DNA from: the human T2T-CHM13v2.0 reference genome, Homo sapiens
Assembly: GCF_009914755.1 (NCBI RefSeq)
Contig: NC_060929.1
Reading direction: 5' to 3' (one strand)
Length of the DNA stretch: 64,000 bases
Part shown: positions 24,050-37,435 of the stretch, one piece after another
How the letters are laid out: each line of letters starts with the position of its first letter
Numbering within the stretch: the stretch's first letter is position 1
Notes under the pieces: generated by a model
Seen by the model: the letters and a program-made list of their open reading frames with translations, nothing else
Database searches by the model: none
Told to the model about the DNA's origin: nothing
Translations under genes and position numbers: made by a program

Positions 24050-25560
24050 TTTAGCTAAAGAAATTAGACATTTCAGATGCAAATAGGAGCTTTCTATGCA
24101 CCCTCCCTCTCTTCTTTTTATTTCCATCCCTTACAGGGGTAATTACTATTGTGGGTTCAGTGTTTATCACCCACATGTTATACCTTTGCCATGAATTTAG
24201 ATATTCAGATATCCATAAATTATATAATATTTTCAGTTTTAAAATTTTTATGTAAATAATATTATGCCACTTACAGCCTGTGGAACTGGCTTTTATTCTC
24301 TCAATATTATATTTTTCAAATTAATGCATGCTGATACAAATAGCTCTAATTCATTTTCATTGCTGTAAGGCATTAAGTGAACATACTTCAGTATATTTTT
24401 CAGGTTTCCGCTTTTTAAAACAAATTTTGATATTCTTTATTCAGGAATAAAAATTCCAAATTATAAATTATCCTTTTCTACAAAGACTCGATATATTTTA
24501 TTCTTCCCTTATGCCAATTTATGGAGGTATACTTGACAAATAAGAATTGTATATATTTAAGGTATACAAAGTGATATTTTATTTTGTTTTGTTTGCCATA
24601 CATTGTGAAGTGATTACCATAATCAATCTAATTATCATATCCACAGTTACCTTTTTTTGGGGTGAGAACATGTAAGATCTACTTTCTTAGCACATTTCAA
24701 GTATGCAATACAGCATTACCAACTACAGTCACCATGATGTATATTAGTTCTTTAGAACTTACTCATTCTGTATTACTGAACCTTTGTACCCTTTGACTAA
24801 CATCTCCCAATAAGTTTTCCTGTTTTTTATTTTATCTACTTTAACATAAATTTTATTGTGTGTATTTGAAGTTTACTACATGATGCTGTGGGATATATGT
24901 GTGGTAGTAAAATGGTTAGTATAGTAAAGAAAATGAACACATTAATCAGCTCCCATGCTCTTATATGACAAGAGCAGCTACAATCTACTCATTTAACACA
25001 AATCCCCAATGCAATACAATTTTATTAGCTGTAGTCCTCATGACTACGTATGTGCTACTCTGTATCCTTTGAACTGTACCTCCCCATTTTCACTTCCCTT
25101 ATCCCACACCCCTGGTAACCACTGTTTTGTTCTCTATCTCTGCATATTTCTCCATCTCTTTCTTTCTTTTTCTTTTTTTTAAGATTCCACATTTGAGGAA
25201 TATGCAAAATTAGTTTCCTTTATGTGTCTGGCTTATTTCACTTAGCATAGTGTCCTCCAGGTCTGTGTTGTGGCAAATGGCAAAATCACTTTTTTGATTG
25301 AATTATATATGTATCCAGTCATTTGTCAGTGGACACTTAGGTTGTTTCCATATCTGGGCTATTGTGAATAATGGCACAATGAAGGTGGGGGTGCAGATGC
25401 TTTTCCAACGTGGTAAATTCATCTCCTTCAGGAGAAAGATTGCTGGATGATCCTGATAGAAATTCAGATTGTTTCAGATATTTTGTTTTAATGAACGACA
25501 CTTCAGTGACCAACTTTGTACCTTTTTACTTGCTTACATATGCAAGCTTTTCTCTTACAA
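24050..25560 (-). mobile_element. Nested old L1M 3' fragments (L1ME/L1MA types)
   Basis: Antisense L1 3'UTR motifs: GGTGAGAACATGTAAGATCTACTTTCTTAGC, CTGGTAACCACTGTTTTGTTCTCTATCTC, GGACACTTAGGTTGTTTCCATATCTGGGCTATTGTGAATA. Confidence 0.8.
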
Positions 25561-25603
25561 GAAATAATAATAAAGTTTATAAGAAACCTCTATGCCTAAG
25601 ACA

Positions 25604-26068
25604 GTATATTAGTTTCCTAGAGCTGCTGGAAACTAATTACCACACACTAAAAGAAAAAAAGAAAAGGTGGCCTAAAACAACACAGATTTTTTTCTGTCAC
25701 ATTTCTGAAGGTCAAAAACCTGAAGTAAAGGTATTGGACACTTCCTCTAGAGGCTCCTGGGGAGGTCCCATGTCTTGCCTCTTCCAGCTTCTGGTTGCCA
25801 CTGGCATATTCCCGGACCTGTGGCTGCACATTGCTCCAGTCTCTGCCTCTGTCTTCACATGGTGTTCTTCTGTGTCTCTCTTCTGTCTGTTTCTCTTCTT
25901 ATGAGGACACTTGTCACTAGATTTAGGACTCACCTGCATAATTCAGGATTATCTCATCTTGAGATCCTTAAATTATTCACATCTGCATAAACTCTTTTCC
26001 AAAATATGGTCACATTCACTGGTTCCAGGTGGACGTAACTTTTGAAGGATGCCATTCAGCTCACGATA
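25604..26068 (-). mobile_element. MLT1C/D-type LTR
   Basis: TATATTAGTTTCCTAGAGCTGCTGGAAACTAATTACCACACACT...CTTCCAGCTTCTGGTTGCC...GGTCACATTCAC. Confidence 0.85.
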
Positions 26069-26310
26069 GATGGTTTCCCAGCTCAGCATTATTGATATTT
26101 TGAGCCAGATAATTCTTTGGGGGGTAGAGGTGACCTGTGCATTGTAGGACAGATCTCTAGCCTCTATCCACTAGATACCAGTCGTGTCCTTGCCCCTCAC
26201 CTCAGCTGTGACAACCAAAATGGTCTTCAGGCTTTGCTAAATGACTCCTGAGTAAAGAACCACAACTCCTCCCTGACCCCACTTCCCTCCTGTTGAGAAC
26301 AACTGATCTA
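26069..26310. mobile_element. MER20 DNA transposon
   Basis: ATTGATATTTTGAGCCAGATAATTCTTTG...CCTGTGCATTGTAGGA...CCACTAGATACCAG...TGTGACAACCAAAA...GTTGAGAACAACTG. Confidence 0.85.
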
Positions 26311-28494
26311 GGAGAATGCTTTGCTGGATTTTACAGTATACACATTTTCAACTTTACTAGTTATTGTCAGTGGTTGTCCAAAGTGATTGTACCAACTTAA
26401 ACCCTTATCAGCAGTGTATGGTAGTTCTTTACATCATGACCAGGACTCAGTATTGTCAGACTTTAACATTTTTGTCAATTTGATGCTATCTCATTGCTGT
26501 TTTAATTTATAACTTTCTACCAGTGTGGTCAAGAAACTTTTCATTCATCTATTATCCATTTGGGTGTCTTGGTCTATGAATTGCTGCCTCATATTCTTTG
26601 CCCATGTTTTTGGTTTGTTTTCAGGTAATCTTTTTTCTTGTTGAATTATAGGAGCTCTTAGAGATGAATCACTTTTCAGTTGTCCAATCCTAATGTCTTC
26701 CCCTTACCTGGAGCTCATTGTTCATTTTGTTTATGGTGTCCTTTGTTGTGCCAAACCTCTAAATTACAGTGTTGTCAATTTATCAGTTCTTCTTGATGGT
26801 TTGTGTTCTTTTGGTCTTTTAATGTCTCTTCTAAGTCTAAGAAGGCAGTCATGCCACTTGAGAAAAAGACTACAGAGACTAATCATGTCAGAAAAAATTT
26901 AGTGCTGTGGGAGTCATCATGATATCCCGGAAAGGCACAGAGCTCTAAGTGTGGAGGCTGTCGTCCCAGCCTGCTCTATCAGCAACTGTGTGTTTTGGAG
27001 AGATAACTCAGCAGCTTTGTGTACAAGTGCTTGTCTGAAAGGGAAGAGGATTTGAAACTCTACAAGGTCCTAGTCCATTTAAAAAATTTTACACACCTGT
27101 GAGTTCTCTGAAGGATGCAGCTTATATCTCAAAATCATCTTAACAGTCTTCTAGATTATCGGTATGACTACTTCGACTATAACAAGGGAAAAAACACAAA
27201 AAGAGAAACCTAAAGATTATACATATCAATAGCAAAATGTCAGTCTGAAGCACACATTTCTCTTTTACTTTTAAATATCTTAGGATCAAGACTCATAGTG
27301 AACTCAGCTGATATTTTTGTGATATCAAATTATATCACATATAATACGTACACACAAGTTCTAGCAAAAACACATGAATTGTATTATTTTTCCCTAGAAT
27401 TAAGTTTTACAATTGCCATTGCTAGTTAGCCTAGTGGCAACTAGTTGAGGCTCTCCTACAGAATGCTATATTCATCCTCTTCAGGAACACTTCTTAAATT
27501 TGATTTCAATTTAATTGATGCAGGGAGTTTTCCTTTGAGTTTGATCTTGCTATGTATGACATTGCCTTCAGCCAACTTAGGGATCTCCCAAGATCTCCAC
27601 AATTGTCATGTAGTTATATCAGCAAATGAATTATTGAACTTCATGATTAAAATATTTCCTGTTTAGCAAATTCAGTTTTACATTTTCATTTTCTCCTCCC
27701 ACAAGTTTTTATTATGAAGCAAAAAAAAAGGTTTTCATTTATTTTAATTATAACAATACTCATTATAAGATTAAGTGAAGAATACTATAACTATTAAAAT
27801 TCAATTGCTATTAAGTTACAAGGTCTTTAACTGTTACACATTTACGTACTGGTTAAGGTAGGGAGCTTTCATTTATGTGACTGGGTATAAACTGAGACCC
27901 TCAGCTTTTGATCAGGCAGCAGTGATATATGCCAATTTCCGTCTGGTTAGTTTTGGAGTTTGCTTTCATATTCCATTAAATAGGGTGACACATCCGGCCT
28001 ATGATGTGACAGATGACCTTTCTGAAGATCATGGCACCTAATAGATCATTTAACATGAGCAGCTCTGACACGTGACTGAACTCCTTAAGCATTTGAAAAA
28101 CATCATGCAAGTCAATGCCATGTTGAAGTCGGCTGTCATCTCCAATGAGTGTCCACAACTGCCATCGGCAGCTTTGAGAATTGTTACCAATGATGCTGAG
28201 ACAGGGAGTCAAGCCACATTCCTGTAGAGGAGTCCAAATTCTTCTCAGGGGAAGAAAACAAAATCTAGACAAGAAATCAAGGGATGTCAAAATAGCATTT
28301 TCCTTTCTTCTTGACCTTTCAGTACAATTATTATACTGTTTTATGACTCTCAGAGATTCTGACTAGTAAATGAAATAGAGCAATATAGCTTGCTCGTATT
28401 TGAAACAAAGAGACGTCCAGTAAAACTTTGTTGAAGGAACAAGCAAGATGACTAGGTGATCATTGCTCTGACTAGTATAGCAGTACACATCCTA

Positions 28495-30250
28495 CTCACT
28501 GGTTCATTCACTTATGCATCAATTTAACAAATAGTTATTGGGCGCCAACCTTGAGCCAGGACCTAGACTAGGCACTGGGTTTCAGTGGCGAGTACAGACA
28601 CTGTCCCTGTTCTCATGGAACATACAACCAAACAGGGAAGAGGGCTATTTATGAATCAAACAATCTCACAAGGAAATTTAAAATTGTATCTATGCTAAAT
28701 GTTACAAAAGACAGGCACATGGTGCTTTAAGGCTTGAGCAAGGGAGGTCAGGGAAGGCTTCCCTAAAGAGGTGGTGGTTAAGTTGTGAGCTAAGCGTGAA
28801 CAGAAGTTAAATATGGCAAAAGAGAAGGGACAGAAACAGTCTCACCAGAGAACAGTGTGTATCAAGGCTGCGTGAGGAGAGGAAGGAGGCTGGTGTTTTC
28901 TCAGGCTAGGAGGAGAGCAATATGGTACAGTGCTGTGTGAGGCTGGAGAGAAGAGGCCAGACTGTATTAGCCTGTCATCCAAATTCAAGTGTTTTGTTTC
29001 CATCCCTAAACAGGAAGCCATTACAGAATTTAAGCAGGAGGATGACAGAATCAGATTTGAGTTCCAAAAGGATCATTCTGCCATATGAAGAATGAAAGGA
29101 TTGGAAATGGAGGGAAAGGAAAAGGGGCTATTAGGGATGATCAATTTCCACATTTCTAGCTTGCATAACAATGACTGATGAGGCTGTTCACTAAATCAGG
29201 GAACACTGGCAAAGGATCGTCTTTAGGGAGGAAGCCTATGAGTTTGGTTAGGAACCATAGTTCTCCCATAAACTCTTGGGTATGTGGGTGTATGGTTTAG
29301 AAGAGAAGTCTAGACTAGAAACACAAAATAAAAAATTAGGAGTCACCTGTGTACATATGCATAGTAATTGAAGGTAAATTACTGTGGTAGATAGAACAAT
29401 AGCCTCCCAAAGATGTTCATATCCTAATTATCAGAACCCAGGAATATGTTATTCTGTTTGGGAAAGGGGAATTCAGATTGCTGATGGAATTAACATTGCT
29501 ATTCAGCTGACTGTAAAGTAGGGAGATTATCCTGGATTATCTGAGTGGTCACAGTGTAATCACAAGTGTCCTTAAATATGGGAGAGTCAGTATTAGAGTG
29601 AGGCAATGTGACAAAAACTTAACCAGTCATTACTGGCTTGTAAAATGGAAGGGAGTCCTTAGCCAAGAATAGGGGCAGCTCTAGAACCTGGAGAATACAA
29701 GAAATAGATTTTTCCCTAGAGTCTCCCAAAAGGAACACAACCCCCTTGAAACCTTGATTTTAGCCTAGCACAGTGAGACCCATTTCAGAATTCTGATCTC
29801 CAGAATTGTGAGATCATATATCGGTGTCGTTTTAAGCTATTAAGTTTGTGAATATTTGTTACAGCAGCAATAGGAAACTAATACAATTACCTCGAAAAAA
29901 GTTAAGGAGAGGGAGGGCCTAAAACTGAGTGGAGGAATCCAACATGTAATGGCTACATAAAGAAGGATAAACATACAAATGAGACAGTGAAGGAAGAGGG
30001 GAGGCAAACCAGGGGAATGGAGGGTTCTTGGAAGCAAGAGGAGAGAATCTTTGAAGAAAGAGGTCAAACCAAATAAGTATTCATTGGATTGGTTGATAGG
30101 AGCTCACTAGTGACCTCAGTGAGGGTTGTTTTGTTAGTGAGGGGTGCAGAGTCCAGATTGGGGTGGGATGTGGTGTGAGTGGAAGGTGAAAAGACAAAGA
30201 CAGAGACTATAGTCAACTCTTGGAAGAAATTTGCTTGTGCAGTGGAAGGA
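28495..30250 (-). mobile_element. L2 remnant interrupted by MLT1D
   Basis: Starts with CATTCACTTATGCATCAATTTAACAAATAGTTATTG (antisense L2 tail) and continues purine-rich on both sides of the LTR. Confidence 0.75.
29383..29885 (+). mobile_element. MLT1D solo LTR
   Basis: TGTGGTAGATAGAACAATAGCCTCCCAAAGATGT...ACAGCAGCAATAGGAAACTAATACA; perfect TSD ATTAC. Confidence 0.92.
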
Positions 30251-30274
30251 AAAATTACAATTAATTTGGAAGAA

Positions 30275-30495
30275 ACTTGTTTCTGAAAGAACCTTGACAC
30301 TATCGACAATTTGGGTCAAATAATTCTTTGTTGTAAAGATAGTCATGTACATTGTAGGATGTTTAGCATCCTTGATGTCTACCCACTAGATGCCAGTAGG
30401 AATTTGCCCCTTGATTTGTGACAGCTAAAAATGTATCTAGACATTGTCAAATATTCCCTGGGAGGCAAAATGCCCCTGTTTGAGAAACATAGTTT
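30275..30495. mobile_element. MER20 DNA transposon
   Basis: CACTATCGACAATTTGGGTCAAATAATTCTTTGTTGT...CATTGTAGGATGTTTAGCATCC...CCACTAGATGCCAGTAG...AGACATTGTCAAATATTCCCTGGGAGGCAAAAT. Confidence 0.88.
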
Positions 30496-32204
30496 TGAAT
30501 ACAAAACACAGAATTCCCTGAGTTTGATTTTATCCAAGTACATCAAACTTATTTCTTCTAAAGTTTAAAAGGTCATCAAATGAGTAAGACATCATTTGAT
30601 TCGTTCCTTTAAAGCTCACGTCTGTAGAAGCGCATGATTCTTTGGGTATCTACTCTGAATTGATGCAAAGTGATTTTGTATAAATGATATTGCACGCTCT
30701 CATATAAGAATCTGAAAAGTTGAGAGTACAATGGACTCCAGGGTATATTCAAAGCTTGTTCTAATATAGCCTATGCCATTTAATCTAGATCCGTGACTGA
30801 ACAGTAATTGAACTGCATAGTTCCAAGAAGTTGCCCCTTATTCCGGTATCATTTGCCTACAAGAATTATAATAGCATTAGCTGAAATCTCAAAGCAGGTA
30901 CCCATCAAATCACGTTAAAATATTTCACAGTGAAGAAAAATATGACAGAATGTCTGCATTCTGTGGTTGATGTGACATTTTAGAAATTTAATGGGAAATA
31001 CAGTCCAAACCTTGTTTCTGAGCTTTGAAGAAAAGGATTGCTTTTTTGATTGGGTGCCTATGTTGAGTCTCAGAGGTGTGAAGACTGTTTCTCATACCAC
31101 CATTCTCAAAATCTTCTGTGTTGAATTGGCTTTTCAGGTGTGCCTCAGATGCTGAATTATGTGGAATTTGATTTATTTTATTGCCTTAATAATACACTGT
31201 GTAGTTGGGGAGAAGGATATGGAGAAGGTCTTGTAAAGTAAATTAAAAGCAAAATTTCACGCTTGACCACACATGTAAAAGTAGAATAATTCAATCATGA
31301 GACATATGCTTTATTAGAGGTCAGTGTTCTCATTGTGGTTATTAAATTTTTTAGTATTTTAATAACAGCATTTTCCTCCCAGCCCAGTTTTTCTATCTTT
31401 CTGATGCTGCTATAAAGTTATAGTTCAGACCTGGTGTCACCTCATTCTGGACACTAGGGCTACATTCAGCATTGTAGATTTTAAGGTATTCCTGGCAAAG
31501 TAAGTTGAATTATAAAGCCTTTAAACTTTGTTTATAATTATATTAGTAGTACATGAATATCTTCTTATAAAAACTACTAACAATGAAATAAAATTAAAGT
31601 CTGCCTTGGTATATCCTCTTCTTAATTCTACTTCTCTTTCCAGAGGCAAAAACTTGCTAATGCTGGGGTTTATCTTTCTAAAGCTTTTTCCATTCATTTG
31701 CATATATATGGGTACCTACCAAACTATGCTGATTTGCTTAGTGCAAGGCAGGTGGTTCCTTACACATATGAGGCTGAATTGTGACACTTTTTTCTATCAC
31801 AAAATGTGCCTTGAATATGATGTCATATTACATCACATAGTTTCACTTCATTCCACATTATATGATAGTATTAATGTAATGTATTTTATTTAGGTATTCT
31901 GCCACTGATGGACATTTTGTTTGCTTAAATTTTTTAAAATTATAGTCAATGTCGCAGTGAACACCTTCTATACATTTCTTGTGCATATGTAAAACATCTC
32001 CGTGGGACTGATATCTTCAAGTGGAATTTTAGAGTCAAAGAACAGACACTTTAAATAAATCCATTTAAATTGTTATTTTCAAAAGGGTAATGAATGTTAT
32101 AAAATGTTTTATGATTAATAATAAGCAGATATATTAAACAAAAATAGAAAAACTTGGATCCACCTTATGAGAGTAGATTCTGATGTTAAGCCAGTGTTTT
32201 AACT

Positions 32205-33345
32205 TTTTAAAAAATAGACTTTATTTTATTAAAGCAGTTTTAGGTTTGCAGCAAAATTCAGAGGAAATTACAGGGAGTTTCTATATACCCCCTGCCCTCA
32301 CACTTGCATAGCCTCCCTCATTGTGAACATCCTTCACCAGAGTGGTCCGTTGGTTATAGTTAATGAACCTGCATTGACACGCCATAATCACCCAGAGTCC
32401 ATAGTTTGCATTAGGGGTCACTCTTGGTGTTGTATGTTCTGTGGATTCTGACAGATGTATAATGACATGTGTCTACAATTATATATCATACAGAGTATTT
32501 TTGCTGCCTTAAAAATCCTCTGTGCTCCACCTATTCATCCCTCCCTCCTCGCAACCCCTGACAACCACTGATCTTTTTAATGTCTCCATAGTTTTGCCTT
32601 CTCCAGAATGTCACATAATTGGAGTCATACAGCATGTAGTCTTTTCAGATTGGCCTCTTTCACTTAGTAATATGTATTTAAGTTTACTTCACATCTTTTT
32701 TGGGCTTGATAGCTAATTTCTTTCTAATGCTGAATAATATTCCATTATAAGGATGAACTGCAGTTTATCTATTCGTCTACTGAAAGACATCTTGGTTGCT
32801 TCCAAGCTTTGGAAATTATAAATAAAGCTGATGTAAACATCTGTGTGCAGGTTTCTCTGTGACACAGGTTTAAACTCCTTTGAGTAAATATCAAGGAGTG
32901 AGATTAGTGGATCATATGGTTAGAGTATGTTTAGTTTTGTAAGGAACTGCCAAACTGTCTTCTAAAATGACTACTAATTTGCATTCCCATCAGCAATGAA
33001 TGAAAGTTCCTGTGGCTTCACGCCCTCACCAGCACTTGGTGCTGTCAGCCTTCTGGATCTGGGCCATTCTAATAGGTGAATAATAATAAATCATTGTTAT
33101 CTGAATTTGCATTTTCCTGATAACATATAATGTAGAGCATCTTTTCATATACCTGTTTGTCATCATATATCTTCTTTGGTAAAATGTCTGTTTAGATCTT
33201 TGGTTCATTTTTTAAATTGTATTGTTTATTTTCTTATTGTTGAGTTTTAAGAGTTCTTAATATACTTTGGATAACAGTCCTTTATCAGGTATGTGTTCTG
33301 CAAATATTTTCTCCCAACCTGTGATTTGTCTTCTCATTCTCTTGA
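32205..33345 (-). mobile_element. L1MB-type 3' fragment
   Basis: Antisense L1 3'UTR and ORF2 C-terminus remnant (ORF 33026-33208, CSTLYVIRKMQIQITMIYYYSPIRMA). Confidence 0.88.
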
Positions 33346-34312
33346 GTATTTTAACTTTATAAAATAATTTCTTGCTTATTTGAAATCAGGCAAGAAAAGC
33401 CTATTAGAGGTTGAAAGAGAAATATAATACACAGCCTTTTAGGATATTAACATTGAATGTGGGAGAAATGTTAGGAGATATAGACTTGCCTAAGCTTTTG
33501 CCACCTTCCTGGGTCATTTAAATACTTTTTCCATAGTGGCATGAAGTGGTTTTCTTCTAGTTGCAAAAGAATTGCAACATGAGAACATGGATTTAGTTTG
33601 AGAATACCAAATTTGTGAGACCTGAGGTGATTTAATCCTTGGCAGAATGTGCTCAGCTTCTCATTTAAGAAAAATAATTAAAACAAACCGGAGGTGTTCA
33701 TGCTTCTATCTGCTGGATTTAGAAGTTTCCCTATGGGAGAAAGTTATGCTTTAATGAAGAATTAGTTTAAGCTGGGTGGATTAAGTTGCTAAAATTCATT
33801 TCCATAGTAATTTAGCAAGGGAAAAATTAAGATGTTGGCCACAATTGCTATTAATTTGGCCTGAGCTGCAGATCCATGTGAACATCTCTGGGAAGAATAA
33901 CACTCATTTCAATGGATACTTTAGCCATTAAATGCTGAAATTGCACATAGTGGGTGCTCTAAACAATAAGTGCTTTTGCTTAGGAGTTACATTTTAGTGT
34001 AAATCAACTGATCCCATAATTCACTTCAAGTGTTCAATGACTTTATATTTTTTTCTCCAACTTAGTTTTACTGTATCTCCTCTGTTCTAAGAAACAGTCT
34101 AAGTTTTAAGGGGAACACAAGTTTGAATAACATGATTCCTGGCCTTAAAGAGTTTTACATATGAATAGAAGAAAAATGAATATGTGGAAATTTTTATGAC
34201 CAAAAGAATAGTCAATTTTTTACCACTTTTTACCACTTTCACAATTTTTTTTTACCACTTCCTAATGTTGCGTAATTTGATTTCTAGACAGTGTCATTTA
34301 ACTTAGAGGAAT

Positions 34313-35186
34313 TGTGATGGTTAATTTTATGTGTCAAGTTGAATAGAGTGTGGGGTGCCCAGATAATTGGTTGACATGGTTTGGTTGTGTCCCCACCCAG
34401 ATCTCATCTTGAATGGTAACTCCCACAATTCCCACTTGCCATGGGAGGAACCCGGTGGGAGGCGATTGAATTATGGGGGTGGGTGTTTCCTGCGCTGTTC
34501 TCGTGATAGTGAATGATTCTCATGAGATCTGATGGTTTTAAAAAGAGGAGTTTCCCTGCACAATCTCTCTTCTCTTGTCTGCTGCCATGTGAGTGTGCCT
34601 TTCACCTTCTGCCATGATTGTGAGGCCTCCCCAGTCACGTGGAACTGTAAGTCCAATAAACCTCTTTCTTTTGTAAATTGCCGTCTCAAATATGTCTTTA
34701 TCAGCAGCATGAAAACAGACTAATACATTGGTTGAACATTATTTCTGGGTTTAGTTTGTGAGGGTGCTTCCAGATGAGATTGGCATTTGAATCAGTAGAC
34801 TGAGTAAGGCAGATTGTTCTCCCCAGTGCGGGTGGGCCTCATCAAATCCCTTGAAGGCCTGAACAGAACAAAACGATGGTGGAAGGGAGAATTTGTTTCC
34901 TCTGCCCTACTGTTGAGCTGGGACATTGGTCTTCTTCTGCCCTCAGACTAGAACTTACACCGTTGGCACTCCTGGTTCTCAGACCTTTAGACTCAGAATG
35001 AACTTCACCTCCATCTTTCCTGGGTGCTCAGCTTACAGATGGAAGATCATGGGACTTTTCAGCCTCCATAATTACATAGGCCAATTTCTTAGAATAAATC
35101 TATATCATCTATCTATCTATCCATCCATCCATCCATCCATCTATCTCCTAGTGGTTCTATTTCTCTAAAGAACCCTTACTAATATA
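34313..35186 (+). mobile_element. MLT2 (ERVL) LTR interrupted by THE1
   Basis: TGTGATGGTTAATTTTATGTGTCAAGTTG start, resumes at 34733, ends GGTTCTATTTCTCTAAAGAACCCTTACTAATATA; internal (TCTA)/(TCCA) repeat. Confidence 0.88.
34372..34727 (+). mobile_element. THE1B/C solo LTR
   Basis: TGACATGGTTTGGTTGTGTCCCCACCCAGATCTCATCTTGAA...AGCAGCATGAAAACAGACTAATACA; perfect TSD TTGGT. Confidence 0.95.
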
Positions 35187-36045
35187 GAAATGGAAGCACT
35201 TCAATTTAAAGGATTATTTATTTAAAAAGAGACATTTGGAAGAAAAGGCAGTCCTCATATTAAAACAATCTCAAGTTGCTGGCAAGAATGACAATTGTTT
35301 CCTATTTCTTACCCCCAAGTGTATAATTTCATCTGAGGATGTGAAATTGGGCAATGAAAGATTACTCAGATTGTTATTAGCAGCACGTGCCAGGTCAATT
35401 TAATTTAACATGCATAAGTCTGGATTGTCAGTAATAACCATGTCAGGGAAGAACTGTTGGAAAAACAAATATTCTTGTTGAGAGTTTTAAATAATATTTA
35501 ATGATTTTATGCATCTGCTATCTATACAGCAGGTATTTCTGTAGTATGAAGAAGGCTCAATTAAAACTTGTAATGGAGTAAGCAAATTCTCCTTAAAAAG
35601 AAAAAGCAACCTGCATCAAAACCACAGATGATAAATATGGCAAGCATATTAAATCTTAGTTGGAGTGGCCAGGAAAATCACCAACTTGATCATGGTAGAG
35701 TTGTGTCTCAATTTTCTCATTTGTAAAATACCCATAATAAAGCACCTGCCTCCTAGGATTGTGATAAAGATACACTAGGTGAAGCTCTCTAGGTGACGCT
35801 CTTAGAACAACACTTTGCATATTTAAAAAAACCCTCTACAGGCATTAAACAAATCTAGAAAATCTAGTTAGGGCTACAGACGCTGTCTTATAGACATGAC
35901 TGCTCTGGGTTTCATTCCCAGAGTTCTCTCTGTCTCTTTGGTGATAAGCATTTGTTGAAAACAAAAAACTTAGAAAGTGAAAATTTTCTAGTGCAACTAC
36001 TATGGAACTCTTCAGCCACATCGCTTTTATTCCCTCATAACTAGG

Positions 36046-36473
36046 TAATACAGTTTGGATATTTGTCTTCTCCAAATCTCATGTTGAAATGTGATTCCCC
36101 ATGTTGGAAATGGGGCCTTATTGGGTGGTGACTGGCTCATGGGAACAGATCCCTCATGAATGGTTAAGCACCATCCCTTTGGTGATAAGTGAGTTCTCAC
36201 TAAGTTAGTTAGGACAAGATCTAGTTGTTTAAAAAAGCTTGGGGCTTCCTTTTCTTCCTCTCTCTTGCTTCCTCTCTCACCATGTGATGTGCCTGCTCTG
36301 ATGTTGCCTCCTGCCATGAGTAAAAGCTCCCCGAGACCTCACCAGAAGCCAAGAGGATGCTGGCATCATGCTTCCTGTACAGCCTGCACAACTGTGAGCC
36401 AATTAACCTCTTTTCTTTATAAATTACCCAGCCTCAGGTATTTCTTTATAGCAATCCAAGAGCAGCCTAATAA
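36046..36473 (+). mobile_element. MSTB-type solo LTR
   Basis: CAGTTTGGATATTTGTCTTCTCCAAATCTCATGTTGAAATGTGAT...AAATTACCCAGCCTCAGGTATTTCTTTATAGCAA; perfect TSD CTAGG. Confidence 0.92.
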
Positions 36474-36849
36474 CTAGGTTCCCTTGAAAGTAGCTCAGAA
36501 TCCTTGGGGTTAGGGAGGCTGAGGAGAGAAATGGGGGATTGGTGAAGGCCCATAGCAGGCAGGTGGAGGACAGAGTTTGAGAGAGATGGGGTCTTCCAGG
36601 CTTTAGCAAATCACAGAGAGTTATTGGGGGTTTTTAGAGTAACTCCTGGAAAGTGAATGGAGAGCTGAGCTTAGAGCTTCACCTTCTCCCAGTCCCTGAG
36701 AAACTATCAGTGGGGCTAAGCATCACAGAAGATTTTCTCATTGACCAGGAATCCAGGGAAATGGCCTGGGCAGTTGGTCAGTAGTCTAAATTCTAGAATT
36801 GATTTAATACTCGTGTTGGTTAGTACTATAGCCACCACCTGATTCTACT

Positions 36850-37435
36850 TTCCCTTCTTATGAATGAGGAGACTGAGGCCCAGATTGGTAAATTGACTTG
36901 CCCAAGGTCACCAACATAGAGTATGGCAAAGCTGAGACTAAACAGTAGGTCTCCTGACTCCACATTTTGTGCTTGTAGGACATATCTTTGAATGAAAGAG
37001 AGGGAAATGACTGAGAAAAAGGATGAGGGGGAAAGGAGCCTTTGGATTGACCTATTTCCCCACGTGTGTTATACTAAAATTTCACATCATAAATAAAGAC
37101 TGATGCCTATTATTTTTCAAATGCTTACTATGTGATTAGCATTTCATGTGTATATTTTATTTAATCCTTACAACACATCATGAGGTTGTTCATCACCATT
37201 ATTGCTATCCCTATTTTGCAGATGAGAAAACTGAGGCATGGAGAGGGTCATGCAGTTAATAAGTGACAGGGCCAAGACTAAAATAATGAGTATTGGTAAA
37301 TCTCATATCATAAGACCTTAAGTCTATTTTAAAAGACTCTTTGGAGAGAGCCCTGCTCACTTCTCCACTCTGCGCTTCAGTTTGCACATCTGTAAAGTGA
37401 TGGTATTGTTAACAGATGATCTCTAAGATCCCTGA
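36850..37435. mobile_element. Cluster of MIR fragments
   Basis: GAGGAGACTGAGGCCCAGA...GACTTGCCCAAGGTCAC; CCTATTTTGCAGATGAGAAAACTGAGGCATGGAGAGG; CTTCAGTTTGCACATCTGTAAAGTG. Confidence 0.75.

Noticed and set aside
18856-35186. Two same-strand MLT2 LTRs as the ends of one provirus
   Set aside because: They differ in length and sequence, each has its own flanking duplication, and no ERVL gag/pol lies between them.
35378-35392. TAGCAGCACGT, identical to the first 11 nt of miR-16
   Set aside because: The match stops after 11 nt and I see no precursor hairpin, so chance is sufficient.
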